A stretch of DNA of 64,000 nucleotides from a virus (Duplodnaviria > Caudoviricetes), in the IMG/VR virus record IMGVR_UViG_3300033463_000080, positions 15,253-79,252 of that record; one strand, given 5' to 3'. The notes beneath the pieces were generated by a model. That model worked only from the letters and a program-made list of their open reading frames with translations, was not told where the DNA came from and searched no databases. Position 1 is the stretch's first letter; each line of letters starts with the position of its first letter. Positions 56,341 to 64,000 of this stretch are shown here, piece by piece. The translations under genes and the position numbers were made by a program.

Positions 56341-56628
56341 ATGGGTATCGATTGGGTAAGAAAGCTGACGTCCCGTAAGTTCTGGGTGGCGGTCGCCCAG
56401 TTCGTTTCCATGCTGATTATCGCGCTGAAAGGCACACAGGAAACCGCCACACAGGTGACGGCGCTGATCATGGCCGGCGCGGCGGTCGTGGCATACATCA
56501 TCGGCGAAGGCCTCACGGACGCGTCCGCCGCGAAAGCGAGTGTGACGATTGTGCATGAGGGCGACGTTGAGGAATACGAACCTCCCGAAGAAGAGCCGAA
56601 AGAATCCGAAGAAAAGGCGGAAGAATAA
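56341..56628 (+). CDS. Holin
   Basis: DWVRKLTSRKFWVAV, two TM segments, AYIIGEGLTD. Confidence 0.85.
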   Translation: MGIDWVRKLTSRKFWVAVAQFVSMLIIALKGTQETATQVTALIMAGAAVVAYIIGEGLTDASAAKASVTIVHEGDVEEYEPPEEEPKESEEKAEE

Positions 56629-56630
56629 CC

Positions 56631-56915
56631 ATGAGTGAAGAGCATGTTGAAAACATGGAAGAATGCAGCAAGTGCAAAAAGAAGGACACGGCGTGCGTAT
56701 CCTTCCTCAGCCATGAAAACGCCATGATGCACAAAGACATGGACAATGAGCGGATGCACCGGAACAATCTGTTCAATTGTCTGACCATTGTTATTATTAC
56801 GCTGGTCTTTGTGATCGCGTACACGATCCGAATGAACACGTTTGTTGAAACAATCAACAAGCTTACCGCCGAAATCGTGGAGTTGGCCGGTGCCAAGGGC
56901 ATCATCGCGCCCTGA
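56631..56915 (+). CDS. Membrane-anchored hypothetical protein
   Basis: One TM segment; precedes the sigma-like HTH gene. Confidence 0.6.
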   Translation: MSEEHVENMEECSKCKKKDTACVSFLSHENAMMHKDMDNERMHRNNLFNCLTIVIITLVFVIAYTIRMNTFVETINKLTAEIVELAGAKGIIAP

Positions 56916-57111
56916 GTATACCAACGCTCAGATCAAGGCGCTGATCATGGACGTGATCCATGACAAAACCGACCGCAAGATGCTTTATCTCCGGCTGGTG
57001 GACGGCGACACTATCGGGGAGATATCCGGCAAGGTCGGTCTGGACGAAAAAACCGTCTGGAGACGGCTGCATAAAGGTGAACGAGAGTTATTCTCCCACC
57101 TACCCGGCTGA
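56890..57111 (+). CDS. Sigma-70 region-4-like HTH regulator
   Basis: RLVDGDTIGEISGKVGLDEKTVWRRL; start uncertain. Confidence 0.65.
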   Translation: MPRASSRPEYTNAQIKALIMDVIHDKTDRKMLYLRLVDGDTIGEISGKVGLDEKTVWRRLHKGERELFSHLPG

Positions 57112-57134
57112 GGAAGCCGGGTTTTTTGTACCCC

Positions 57135-57163
57135 AAATGCCCGGAAAATGCCGTGAACATACC
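57135..57163 (+). promoter_or_regulatory. Helically phased direct repeats upstream of the six-gene module
   Basis: AAATGCC (57135), AAATGCC (57146), ACATACC (57157): 11-bp period. Confidence 0.5.
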
Positions 57164-57227
57164 GCCATTCTGACCTCAACAGAGGTCCTTTTTTATTGCA
57201 CAATTAAGGCACAGGAGGTGATGCGGA

Positions 57228-57410
57228 ATGTATCCCAGGAAATGCAGGAAGGGCATTCAGATCCTGACGGACACGGTCGGCATGAGTCCGGACATCGCAT
57301 ACGCCATGATGCTGATGACGGCGGCGCTGATGGATCTGCAGCCGGAAGACGACGAGGTGGTCAGGATGATTCTGCAGGACTGCGGCATTGAGGACGGAGA
57401 TGTGGCCTGA
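57228..57410 (+). CDS. Hypothetical protein
   Basis: AGGAGGTG RBS. Confidence 0.55.
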   Translation: MYPRKCRKGIQILTDTVGMSPDIAYAMMLMTAALMDLQPEDDEVVRMILQDCGIEDGDVA

Positions 57411-57778
57411 TGTGGGTATACGCGAATCCGAACCCGTGCAGACGGGAAGAGCCTGACTGCGTGGTGCGGGCCATTGCCATCGCGACGGACAAGTCCTGGC
57501 ACGAAGTTCACAGCGGACTGTGCCGGCTGAGCGCCGAGCGATGCACGATGCCCAGCGTGAACTGGCTGTGGGGACTGTATCTGCGGGGACACGGGTTTGA
57601 GCGGTTCCTGCCGGACTGCCCGGAATGCGTAACGGTCCGGGAGTTCTGCCGAAGATATCCGGAAGGAACGTACATTATCGGCACCGGAACGCATGCGGTA
57701 TGTGTACGGGATGGAAACTACATCGACGCATGGGACAGCGGGGACGAGGTTCCGAGTTATTACTGGAAATTAAAATAA
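57410..57778 (+). CDS. Putative papain-fold (Cys-His-Asp) enzyme
   Basis: DCVVRAI, THAVCV, DAWDSG. Confidence 0.55.
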   Translation: MWVYANPNPCRREEPDCVVRAIAIATDKSWHEVHSGLCRLSAERCTMPSVNWLWGLYLRGHGFERFLPDCPECVTVREFCRRYPEGTYIIGTGTHAVCVRDGNYIDAWDSGDEVPSYYWKLK

Positions 57779-57793
57779 GGAGTGTGAACAGAA

Positions 57794-58255
57794 ATGGCAT
57801 ACAACCCGGCAATGTACTATCCGCAGATGAATTCCTACGGACAGCAGTATCAGGCACCGGTGCAGCCTGCACAGCAGAGTTACGCCGCGCCGGTGAAAGG
57901 AACTATTGAGTGGGTGGACGGCGAGGTTGGCGCACGGGCAATCCAGATTCCCATGGGGATGACGATGCCTGTTGCGCTGTGGGACACCAACGAGCCGGTG
58001 ATCTACGTGCGGAGCATGAACCAGATGGGAATGCCGAACCCGATCAAAAAGATCCGGTACACGGTAGAGGAAGATACACAGAATCGGAACGGGGATCTGG
58101 CGAAACTGACCAGCGGGACAGAACCCTCCCGCGACATGAGTGAGTATGTCCGGAAGGACGAACTGGCCACAATGAAAGACGAACTGCTCAGAAGTATCCG
58201 GGAGATTGGCACGACAGGTCCGGTATCCCGCCACGCGAGGAGTGACGACGAATGA
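57794..58255 (+). CDS. Conserved hypothetical protein, Gln/Tyr/Pro-rich N-terminus
   Basis: AAGGAG RBS; EWVDGE.GA, LWDTNEPVIYVRS. Confidence 0.7.
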   Translation: MAYNPAMYYPQMNSYGQQYQAPVQPAQQSYAAPVKGTIEWVDGEVGARAIQIPMGMTMPVALWDTNEPVIYVRSMNQMGMPNPIKKIRYTVEEDTQNRNGDLAKLTSGTEPSRDMSEYVRKDELATMKDELLRSIREIGTTGPVSRHARSDDE

Positions 58256-58527
58256 ATCCGCTGTTTAACGCGCTGTTTGGACAAAAACAGGGGCAGGGAG
58301 CGTTCCCACAGACTCAGGCGCAGAACAACCCGCCTCAGGACTGGAACGCCTTAATGGGGCAATTACAGGCGAATCCTGCGGAGATGGTTCGGAAGGCCGG
58401 GTATAACGTTCCGGACGAGATCAGTGGGAATCCACAGGCAACGGTGATGCATCTGATTCAGTCCGGTCAGGTGGGCGGACCGATGATGCAACGGATTATG
58501 CCGATGATCCAGCGGATGGGCAGATAA
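58252..58527 (+). CDS. Gln/Met/Asn-rich small protein
   Basis: MNPLFNALFG...NPQATVMHLIQSGQ. Confidence 0.7.
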   Translation: MNPLFNALFGQKQGQGAFPQTQAQNNPPQDWNALMGQLQANPAEMVRKAGYNVPDEISGNPQATVMHLIQSGQVGGPMMQRIMPMIQRMGR

Positions 58528-58697
58528 AAAGAAACCCGGAGACCAGGCGGGATCTCCGGAAAAATCACCGTCACGGAGACAGCGACTTTATATGTAGCAA
58601 TATGAGTTTACTCCTGTTTCCGTGACGTGTCAATAAGAACCAAGACCGCGCAGTGCGCAGGTGCGGTTTGGAAATAAAACGAAAGGAAACAGGAACT

Positions 58698-59528
58698 ATG
58701 ACAGACTCTAATGGCAACATGGTAATGCCTGTCGCCCCGTACTACGGAGGCGGCAACGGTGGCAGCGGATTTTTCGGACAGGACGGCTGGTGGCTGATTC
58801 TGCTGTTCATGATCTGTGGCGGATGGAACGGCGGCTTTGGCGGATTCGGCGGCGGCGGTATGTTCCCGTGGATGATGGCCGGACAGGGCAACACCAACAA
58901 CGACATCCAGCGCGGATTCGACCAGAGCGCGCTGATGACCGGCATCACCGGCGTAAGCAACGCAGTGACGAGCGGATTCGGCGATATCCAGACGGCGCTG
59001 TGCGGCGGGTTCGCCGGAGTCAATGCCGGGATTGCCAACGGTTTTGCTCAGAGCGAGATCGCCGCGAACGCACGGCAGATGGCGAACATGAACCAGGCAT
59101 TTGCGGCTCAGACCGGAATGCTGAACGGGTTCAATACGCTGGGGTCGCAGCTGAGTAACTGCTGCTGCGAGAACCGTCTCGCCACAGCCAATCAGACAGC
59201 GGCCCTGCTTGCGGAGCATTGCTCCGACCGTCAGGCCCTGAGCGACGGCGTGCGGGACATCCTGGCGAACCAGAACAACGGTATCCAGCGGATCCTCGAC
59301 AAGATGTGCGAACAGGAGATCGAAAACCTGAAAGCCGCGAACAGCAGCCTCCAGACCCAGGTGCTGATGCGCGACCTGGCCGCGTCCCAGACGGCGCAGA
59401 CCGCCGCGCTGGTTGCGGACAATACCGCCCAGACCCAGTACATCGTGAACCGGGTCGCTCCCTATCCGATTCCGGCGTACACGGTGCCGAACCCTTTGGG
59501 AACCGGCACCGCGACCCGGGCGGCGTAA
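58698..59528 (+). CDS. Gly-rich membrane-anchored coiled-coil protein
   Basis: GWWLILLF TM segment, GFGGFGGG, NCCCENR, RVAPYPIPAY. Confidence 0.75.
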   Translation: MTDSNGNMVMPVAPYYGGGNGGSGFFGQDGWWLILLFMICGGWNGGFGGFGGGGMFPWMMAGQGNTNNDIQRGFDQSALMTGITGVSNAVTSGFGDIQTALCGGFAGVNAGIANGFAQSEIAANARQMANMNQAFAAQTGMLNGFNTLGSQLSNCCCENRLATANQTAALLAEHCSDRQALSDGVRDILANQNNGIQRILDKMCEQEIENLKAANSSLQTQVLMRDLAASQTAQTAALVADNTAQTQYIVNRVAPYPIPAYTVPNPLGTGTATRAA

Positions 59529-59540
59529 GGGGGAATCCCG

Positions 59541-59849
59541 ATGCGGTACGAGAACCTTCAGGAAGCGATGTGCAGGGAACTGGAGAAACTGGACAAAAAG
59601 TATGCCAGCAATCCGGAAGAACTGAGTGTGCAGGATGCCGAGAAAGTGGATCTGCTGTACCATGCGCTGAAGAGCGCGGCGACCTACCATGCCATGAAGG
59701 ACGCGGAAGGATGGGAAGAAAAGGACGCATCCGGACGGTCCTACCGGCGCGGCAGGGACGCGATGGGACGGTACGTTAGCCGTGACATGGGATATGATGG
59801 CGGATACTCCGGACACTATCCGGAATGGATGCCACCGTATCGGTATTAA
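59541..59849 (+). CDS. Conserved hypothetical protein
   Basis: SYRRGRDAMGRYVSRD. Confidence 0.7.
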   Translation: MRYENLQEAMCRELEKLDKKYASNPEELSVQDAEKVDLLYHALKSAATYHAMKDAEGWEEKDASGRSYRRGRDAMGRYVSRDMGYDGGYSGHYPEWMPPYRY

Positions 59850-59852
59850 TTG

Positions 59853-59886
59853 AAAAGGCCCGCTCCGTAATGGGGCGGGTTTTATT
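59853..59886. terminator. Bidirectional intrinsic terminator
   Basis: AAAAGGCCCGCTCC-GTAAT-GGGGCGGGTTTTT between convergent genes. Confidence 0.75.
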
Positions 59887-60097
59887 AATCCCTGGCATCG
59901 TTGTACTTTTCGCCGTCCGGATCGTATGCCAGTCTGTTTCCGCACTTTGGGCAGAATCGCCAGTTTTGTTGTGCTTCCTCGGCGAACATAACGGAAAGAG
60001 AATAGGAACAGATCGGGCATTTTATCCGGTCAAAGCATTCTCCAATCAACCATGTGTCTACGTCAAGTTTTTGCATCGTTGTTCTCCATGTCTCCAT
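59885..60097 (-). CDS. Small zinc-ribbon protein
   Basis: CPIC...FCPKCG. Confidence 0.6.
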   Translation of the reverse strand: METWRTTMQKLDVDTWLIGECFDRIKCPICSYSLSVMFAEEAQQNWRFCPKCGNRLAYDPDGEKYNDARD

Positions 60098-60099
60098 CT

Positions 60100-60537
60100 T
60101 CACGAAAGCGTCGTAATGCTTGGGTTGGATTTGCAATCAGCAACGCATGCTTTGCTGCGTTCGTGGTTTATGGCCCATTCGCTGACAATCAGTTTCAGGA
60201 GTGACTGGTAATCCATCTTACGATTTGAAGCACATTCCCGCACCGTTTGCAGTGTGCAGTTTTGGATGCTGACCGTCACATCACTGCTTCCCTGGGCCAC
60301 TTCCATCAGTTTTTCCACGCGCTCGTCAACCGATATGCCGGGGGTGTTCAACACGCGATACGTGGCGGATTCCTCCAGGGTTGCTGTGTGTTCGCCGATC
60401 ATAAAGTAGATGGCATCCACCGCGTCTCCGTAGATATCGAAGTATGGCGTGTTGTCGTAACCGAGTGCAGTGTGCAGTTTGTCCAGTTCATTGCATTTCA
60501 TGGCGATCTTGACCATCCGTGTCAGTGCTTCTTTCAT
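60100..60537 (-). CDS. Hypothetical protein, paralog of 63235..63630
   Basis: Shared G..DA....GE....ES.TY..L pattern. Confidence 0.65.
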   Translation of the reverse strand: MKEALTRMVKIAMKCNELDKLHTALGYDNTPYFDIYGDAVDAIYFMIGEHTATLEESATYRVLNTPGISVDERVEKLMEVAQGSSDVTVSIQNCTLQTVRECASNRKMDYQSLLKLIVSEWAINHERSKACVADCKSNPSITTLS

Positions 60538-60553
60538 ACGTTTGTTTCCTTTC

Positions 60554-60653
60554 TCGTAACGTAGTTTCGTAACTCGTAACAAATATATCACAAGAAAAGT
60601 TGCATGGCAAGAAATATTTTATTAAATTTTTGTTACGGTGTTTCCTGTTACGA
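60554..60653. promoter_or_regulatory. Operator-like CGTAAC/GTTACG repeats in a divergent intergenic region
   Basis: TCGTAAC at 60554, 60567, 60574; GTTACG at 60632, 60647; TGnTATAAT at 60661. Confidence 0.55.
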
Positions 60654-60691
60654 AACATCGTGCTATAATCGTGTCACAGGAGGATACAGAT

Positions 60692-61039
60692 ATGAATTTT
60701 GCACAGAGATTGAAGGAACTCAGGAAAGAAAAAAAGATGACATTGGAAGAAGTTGCGGAAAGCATCGGCCTTACGCGCGCAACGATCCAGCGATATGAGT
60801 CCGGAAAGATTACCAACGTTCCGTTGGAAACATACGATAAACTGGCAGCATTGTTCGATGTGTGCCGGCCGTATCTTCTCGGATGGTCGGACGACCGGCA
60901 GAAAACCATGAGCGAGGTCAGCATCCTGTCCGATAACACGATGTTTCTCCAGGCGTACAGCGCGATGACGGAAGAGGAAAGAAAATTTCTGTCTGATATT
61001 CTGATCGCGGCGTATGGAAGATACGTAGAAAAGAATTAA
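60692..61039 (+). CDS. XRE/CI-like repressor
   Basis: RLKELRKEKKMTLEEVAESIGLTRATIQRYESG. Confidence 0.9.
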   Translation: MNFAQRLKELRKEKKMTLEEVAESIGLTRATIQRYESGKITNVPLETYDKLAALFDVCRPYLLGWSDDRQKTMSEVSILSDNTMFLQAYSAMTEEERKFLSDILIAAYGRYVEKN

Positions 61040-61262
61040 AATTTTCGTATAAGTACGGAGTAATGAAATCTATGGTTTTCGTTCAATTATGGAGCAACGA
61101 AATTACCGCCTTTTAATGGCGGTTTTCTTTTTGTAATCAGATGAATTAATGTTTCCCTATTGTAAGCAGTAAATTCGCATACCTTGTAAGCAGTAGTGTA
61201 AGCAGTAGACTCCGATTTTTTGCCATTTATTACTATTCGTGATTGCGTTACCACGGCATACG

Positions 61263-61294
61263 AAAACCCCCGAAGCTTGGTTCTTCGGGGGTTT
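61263..61294 (-). terminator. Terminator downstream of the tRNA 3' end
   Basis: AAACCCCCGAAG-loop-CTTCGGGGGTTT. Confidence 0.75.
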
Positions 61295-61297
61295 GAA

Positions 61298-61358
61298 GCG
61301 GAGAAGCCGGGATTTGAACCCGGGCTGCCATCACTGACACTACTCCCTTAGCAGGGGA
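61298..61358 (-). tRNA. 3' part of tRNA-Ser(GCT) = attP core (not a complete tRNA)
   Basis: Minus strand TCCCCTGCTAAGGGA anticodon arm, long variable arm, GGTTCAAATCC T-arm, acceptor 3' strand; D-arm and 5' end absent. Confidence 0.85.
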
Positions 61359-61422
61359 AACGTACAGCAAGGAAAATCAACGACTCCAGCGTTTGATGTA
61401 AGCAGTACGTAAGCAGTACAGG

Positions 61423-62490
61423 TCAATTGTTTTTCTTTTCATCGTCAACAGTTGGACGCTTGACGGCATTGACCGCATTAAGCGCATCTTCTGTGCTTGG
61501 ATGGCTGTACCGATCCAACATTCGTTCCGTACTCCAACGCATAACCCTCCGGATGGTTTGCGGTGGGATGTTCTTGTCAATAGATAAATTGCTGGCACAA
61601 GTATGTCTGCAACTGTACGGTTGCAATTCCCTGACCCCGGCTGCTTTAAGCGAGGCATAATAGTTTTCATACCATACCTTTTCAAATCGTTTCCACAGAT
61701 ATCCGGACGGTTGTGCATGATCGATGAGGTCCCTTACAACCGGAAGAATGGCGTCAGACAAAACGACCGGAGTGCGCTTCCGGATCTTTGTTTTCAAACC
61801 GGACCGGATGATGATCCGCTTTTCCAGATCAATATTTTCTACCTTCAGAAGTTGCATTTCTCCTGGCATCAGGCCAGTTGCGATCATCAGCAACGGAACT
61901 GCGGCACGGATATCTCCGTTATCGTATGCTTTCCAGAGCGCAACCTGCTCTTCCTTGGTGAATGGAATCCGTTCCTTTTCTACATGCTCCGGAAGAACAA
62001 TATAAGAAGGAAGTTCCCTGATCGCAAACCGATCAATGGACGCGAGTTCAAACAGATGCGAAAGCAATCCTTTGCAATCCTTTGCCGTATCGTAAGTTTT
62101 ACACGTATCGGATACCGTCTTGCGGAGCAATTCCACCGTAATAGCATCCATGCGGACTTCCTGAATGTTTTTCAGCTTGCCCCAGGCGGTACGGTAGGCA
62201 GACTGCTTCCCTTTTGATATCTTCAGCATATCGCCTTCGGAGTACAGTTTCCAGTAATGCGACAGGCGCGGTGCTTCGGACGGTTTCTCATGACCACCGG
62301 CGAGAAGGGTAGGGCAATAGTTCAGCGCGGCGGTACGCGTTGGGAAACCGCCCTTGGTTTTCCGGATTGGTTTCTTTGGTTTGGACGGATCTTCCGGAAA
62401 GACCCAATCCATCGTGACACAGGCAGTCCATGTCCGGCCACGACGGTAGGCTGTGCCGGTTCCGTTGGCCCTGACTTTCGACCTGCCCAT
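61423..62490 (-). CDS. int: Phage integrase (tyrosine recombinase)
   Basis: N-terminal arm-binding segment, ATGLMPGEM, YSCRHTC, RWSTERMLDRY; adjacent attP. Confidence 0.9.
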   Translation of the reverse strand: MGRSKVRANGTGTAYRRGRTWTACVTMDWVFPEDPSKPKKPIRKTKGGFPTRTAALNYCPTLLAGGHEKPSEAPRLSHYWKLYSEGDMLKISKGKQSAYRTAWGKLKNIQEVRMDAITVELLRKTVSDTCKTYDTAKDCKGLLSHLFELASIDRFAIRELPSYIVLPEHVEKERIPFTKEEQVALWKAYDNGDIRAAVPLLMIATGLMPGEMQLLKVENIDLEKRIIIRSGLKTKIRKRTPVVLSDAILPVVRDLIDHAQPSGYLWKRFEKVWYENYYASLKAAGVRELQPYSCRHTCASNLSIDKNIPPQTIRRVMRWSTERMLDRYSHPSTEDALNAVNAVKRPTVDDEKKNN

Positions 62491-62840
62491 TACGGATTCC
62501 CTTTCGACAGCGCGGCGGCGACGGTGAGCAGCGCATCCAAATTGTCGTCGCCCATCATGATCGCTTTGTCAAAAAGCATCCGCAGTTTGACGTTGGAACA
62601 GATCGCATCCGCTACGATAAACGTTTGCTCTTCGTCCGTCGGACGTTCCGAAGGAATCATGGAAGCAAGCGTTACGCCGAAGTAATCCGCGATCCGCTGA
62701 ATCATTGCAAAGTTCGGCTCCCGGATATTCTTCTCGTAGGCTGCGACGGCGGACTGGGAAATGTTGAGCGTGTCCGCCAGTTCCTGCTGGGTCATTTCTC
62801 TTGATAATCTAAGGTTACGTAATCTGTCGCCAAATCTCAT
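62490..62840 (-). CDS. XRE/CI-like repressor
   Basis: RLRNLRLSREMTQQELADTLNISQSAVAAYEKN. Confidence 0.9.
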   Translation of the reverse strand: MRFGDRLRNLRLSREMTQQELADTLNISQSAVAAYEKNIREPNFAMIQRIADYFGVTLASMIPSERPTDEEQTFIVADAICSNVKLRMLFDKAIMMGDDNLDALLTVAAALSKGNP

Positions 62841-62983
62841 TTTTGATCACCTCGATTACAAGTTACCACAATAAGTAATAATTGTCAACGTTTTCGTAAT
62901 AAAAATTTAATATTTATTCGTGGTAAAAATCCTTGACTTAACCGCTTTAAGTGGTAAAATGTTACCCATAAGGAGGTGAACAC

Positions 62984-63229
62984 ATGAGTAAAAACGAGAT
63001 CGGCGAACGGCTCCGGGCGCTCAGAGAAGAAGCGGGGCAGACGAAGCGGTTCCTTGCCAAGGCCGTCGATTGCAGCTATACGAGCATATGCGCATACGAA
63101 TACGGCGACCGGGTGCCGAGCGACAGAATGAAGATTCGTCTTGCGGAACACTTCCACAAGACGGTCGGGGAAATTTTTTTTCCTGACGAAAACCACGAAA
63201 CGCGGACAGATCATGATGAAGTGAGGTAA
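62984..63229 (+). CDS. Cro-like HTH regulator
   Basis: GERLRALREEAGQTKRFLAKAV; divergent from the repressor. Confidence 0.85.
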   Translation: MSKNEIGERLRALREEAGQTKRFLAKAVDCSYTSICAYEYGDRVPSDRMKIRLAEHFHKTVGEIFFPDENHETRTDHDEVR

Positions 63230-63234
63230 AAACG

Positions 63235-63630
63235 ATGAACATTAGCAGAGACGCGTTACTGAAGATTGTAAGAGCGGCACGGGCGGCACAGAAACTGGCA
63301 GACAACATCCGGCATCTGACCGGCAATTCCCCGGTGGAAAATATGGCGGACAGCATTGCCGGTCAGCTGGCAGATGCGCTGAACATGATTGACGGCGAGA
63401 AACTCGGCGTGGCGGACGACTTCCGCGACAGCCGGACATACACATGGCTGTACCGGAGTGCGATGACGGATGAGGAAGTAACAGACGAGTTCGTCCGGAT
63501 GGCGAGAGAGAACGAACCGAAAATGCCGAAACCGAACCTGATCAGCAGAGTGCAGTTTCAGGACATGGTGCGACGGTTCGGCGGATATCCGGATCTGAAC
63601 GGTACGCCGGAAGGAGAGTGGCCGAAGTGA
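63235..63630 (+). CDS. Hypothetical protein, paralog of 60100..60537
   Basis: Shared motif pattern. Confidence 0.65.
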   Translation: MNISRDALLKIVRAARAAQKLADNIRHLTGNSPVENMADSIAGQLADALNMIDGEKLGVADDFRDSRTYTWLYRSAMTDEEVTDEFVRMARENEPKMPKPNLISRVQFQDMVRRFGGYPDLNGTPEGEWPK

Positions 63631-63872
63631 CCCTGTCGGAACTGGAAGCGATGGACTGCAACGTACTGACGGTACGGCAGGTGGCAGACTTCCTCGGCAA
63701 GGATCCGCAGACGATCCGCGACCAGGCCCAGCGGGATCCCAAATGGCTGGGGTTTCCGATTTGTCAGGCGGGCCACAGCTGGTGCATTCCGAGACTCGGA
63801 TTCATTGCATGGGTTAAGGGCATGACACCGATTATTGCCTACGTGACAAGGGGTGATGCGGTTTGTCTGTAG
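63618..63872 (+). CDS. Excisionase-like winged-helix protein
   Basis: LTVRQVADFLGKDPQTIR...WCIPRLGFIAW. Confidence 0.7.
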   Translation: MAEVTLSELEAMDCNVLTVRQVADFLGKDPQTIRDQAQRDPKWLGFPICQAGHSWCIPRLGFIAWVKGMTPIIAYVTRGDAVCL

Positions 63873-63962
63873 CAAAAAAGAACCGCTGACGGGCAAGTGT
63901 CAGACGGTTCCGAAGGTAATGTAGCTTATAAGGATTGTAAATCAATCGGAAGGAGAAGTCAA

Positions 63963-64000
63963 TATGGATTATAAGGTGGAACATATTACACCTGAAACTG
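63963..64000 (+). CDS. N-terminal fragment of a gene running off the window
   Basis: AAGGAG RBS; MDYKVEHITPET. Confidence 0.5.

Larger units (their letters stand above)
61162..61418 (+). repeat. Integrase arm-type binding sites, GTAAGCAGTA x5
   Basis: Direct copies at 61162, 61186, 61198, 61398 and 61409 flanking the att core. Confidence 0.85.
1..64000. mobile_element. Temperate siphovirus-like bacteriophage genome (most of it), likely infecting a Firmicute; attP intact
   Basis: Terminase, portal, capsid, tape measure, lysin/holin, integrase with attP and repressors in phage order; no host housekeeping genes seen. Confidence 0.95.

Noticed and set aside
61298-61358. Functional phage tRNA gene
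   Set aside because: The 5' acceptor strand and D-arm are missing; it is the att core
1-64000. Stop-codon reassignment
   Set aside because: Core genes translate full length in the standard code and no suppressor tRNA is present

Overview
This window holds most of the genome of a temperate, long-tailed (siphovirus-like) phage, probably of a Firmicutes/Clostridia host (strong AGGAGG ribosome-binding sites and sigma-A-type promoters). The intact attP next to the integrase suggests the excised or virion form. Gene order: nucleotide and replication genes (HNH, TrmH-like methylase, ThyX, ASCH, DUF927 helicase, iteron origin); glycosyltransferases; terminase small subunit; an 8.5-kb opposite-strand block of small accessory genes; terminase large subunit; head genes; tail genes; mosaic receptor-binding genes; lysis genes with a second tyrosine recombinase; a six-gene module of unknown function; and the lysogeny region (attP in tRNA-Ser(GCT), integrase, two HTH switches). 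The most striking unexplained structure is in the accessory block. Seven ~50-nt elements, plus two of a second family, sit at gene junctions. In the first family each begins with the upstream gene's TGA stop codon, and all nine can fold into two mutually exclusive hairpins supported by compensatory changes. The block is preceded by a ~490-nt non-coding leader rich in GGA and CAACG repeats. Other highlights are an ORF-less group I intron in the major tail protein gene, four glycosyltransferases (one inside the capsid operon), and a terminator-like leader hairpin shared by the portal and holin promoters. All product calls come from motif recognition by eye; no database searches or folding programs were run.
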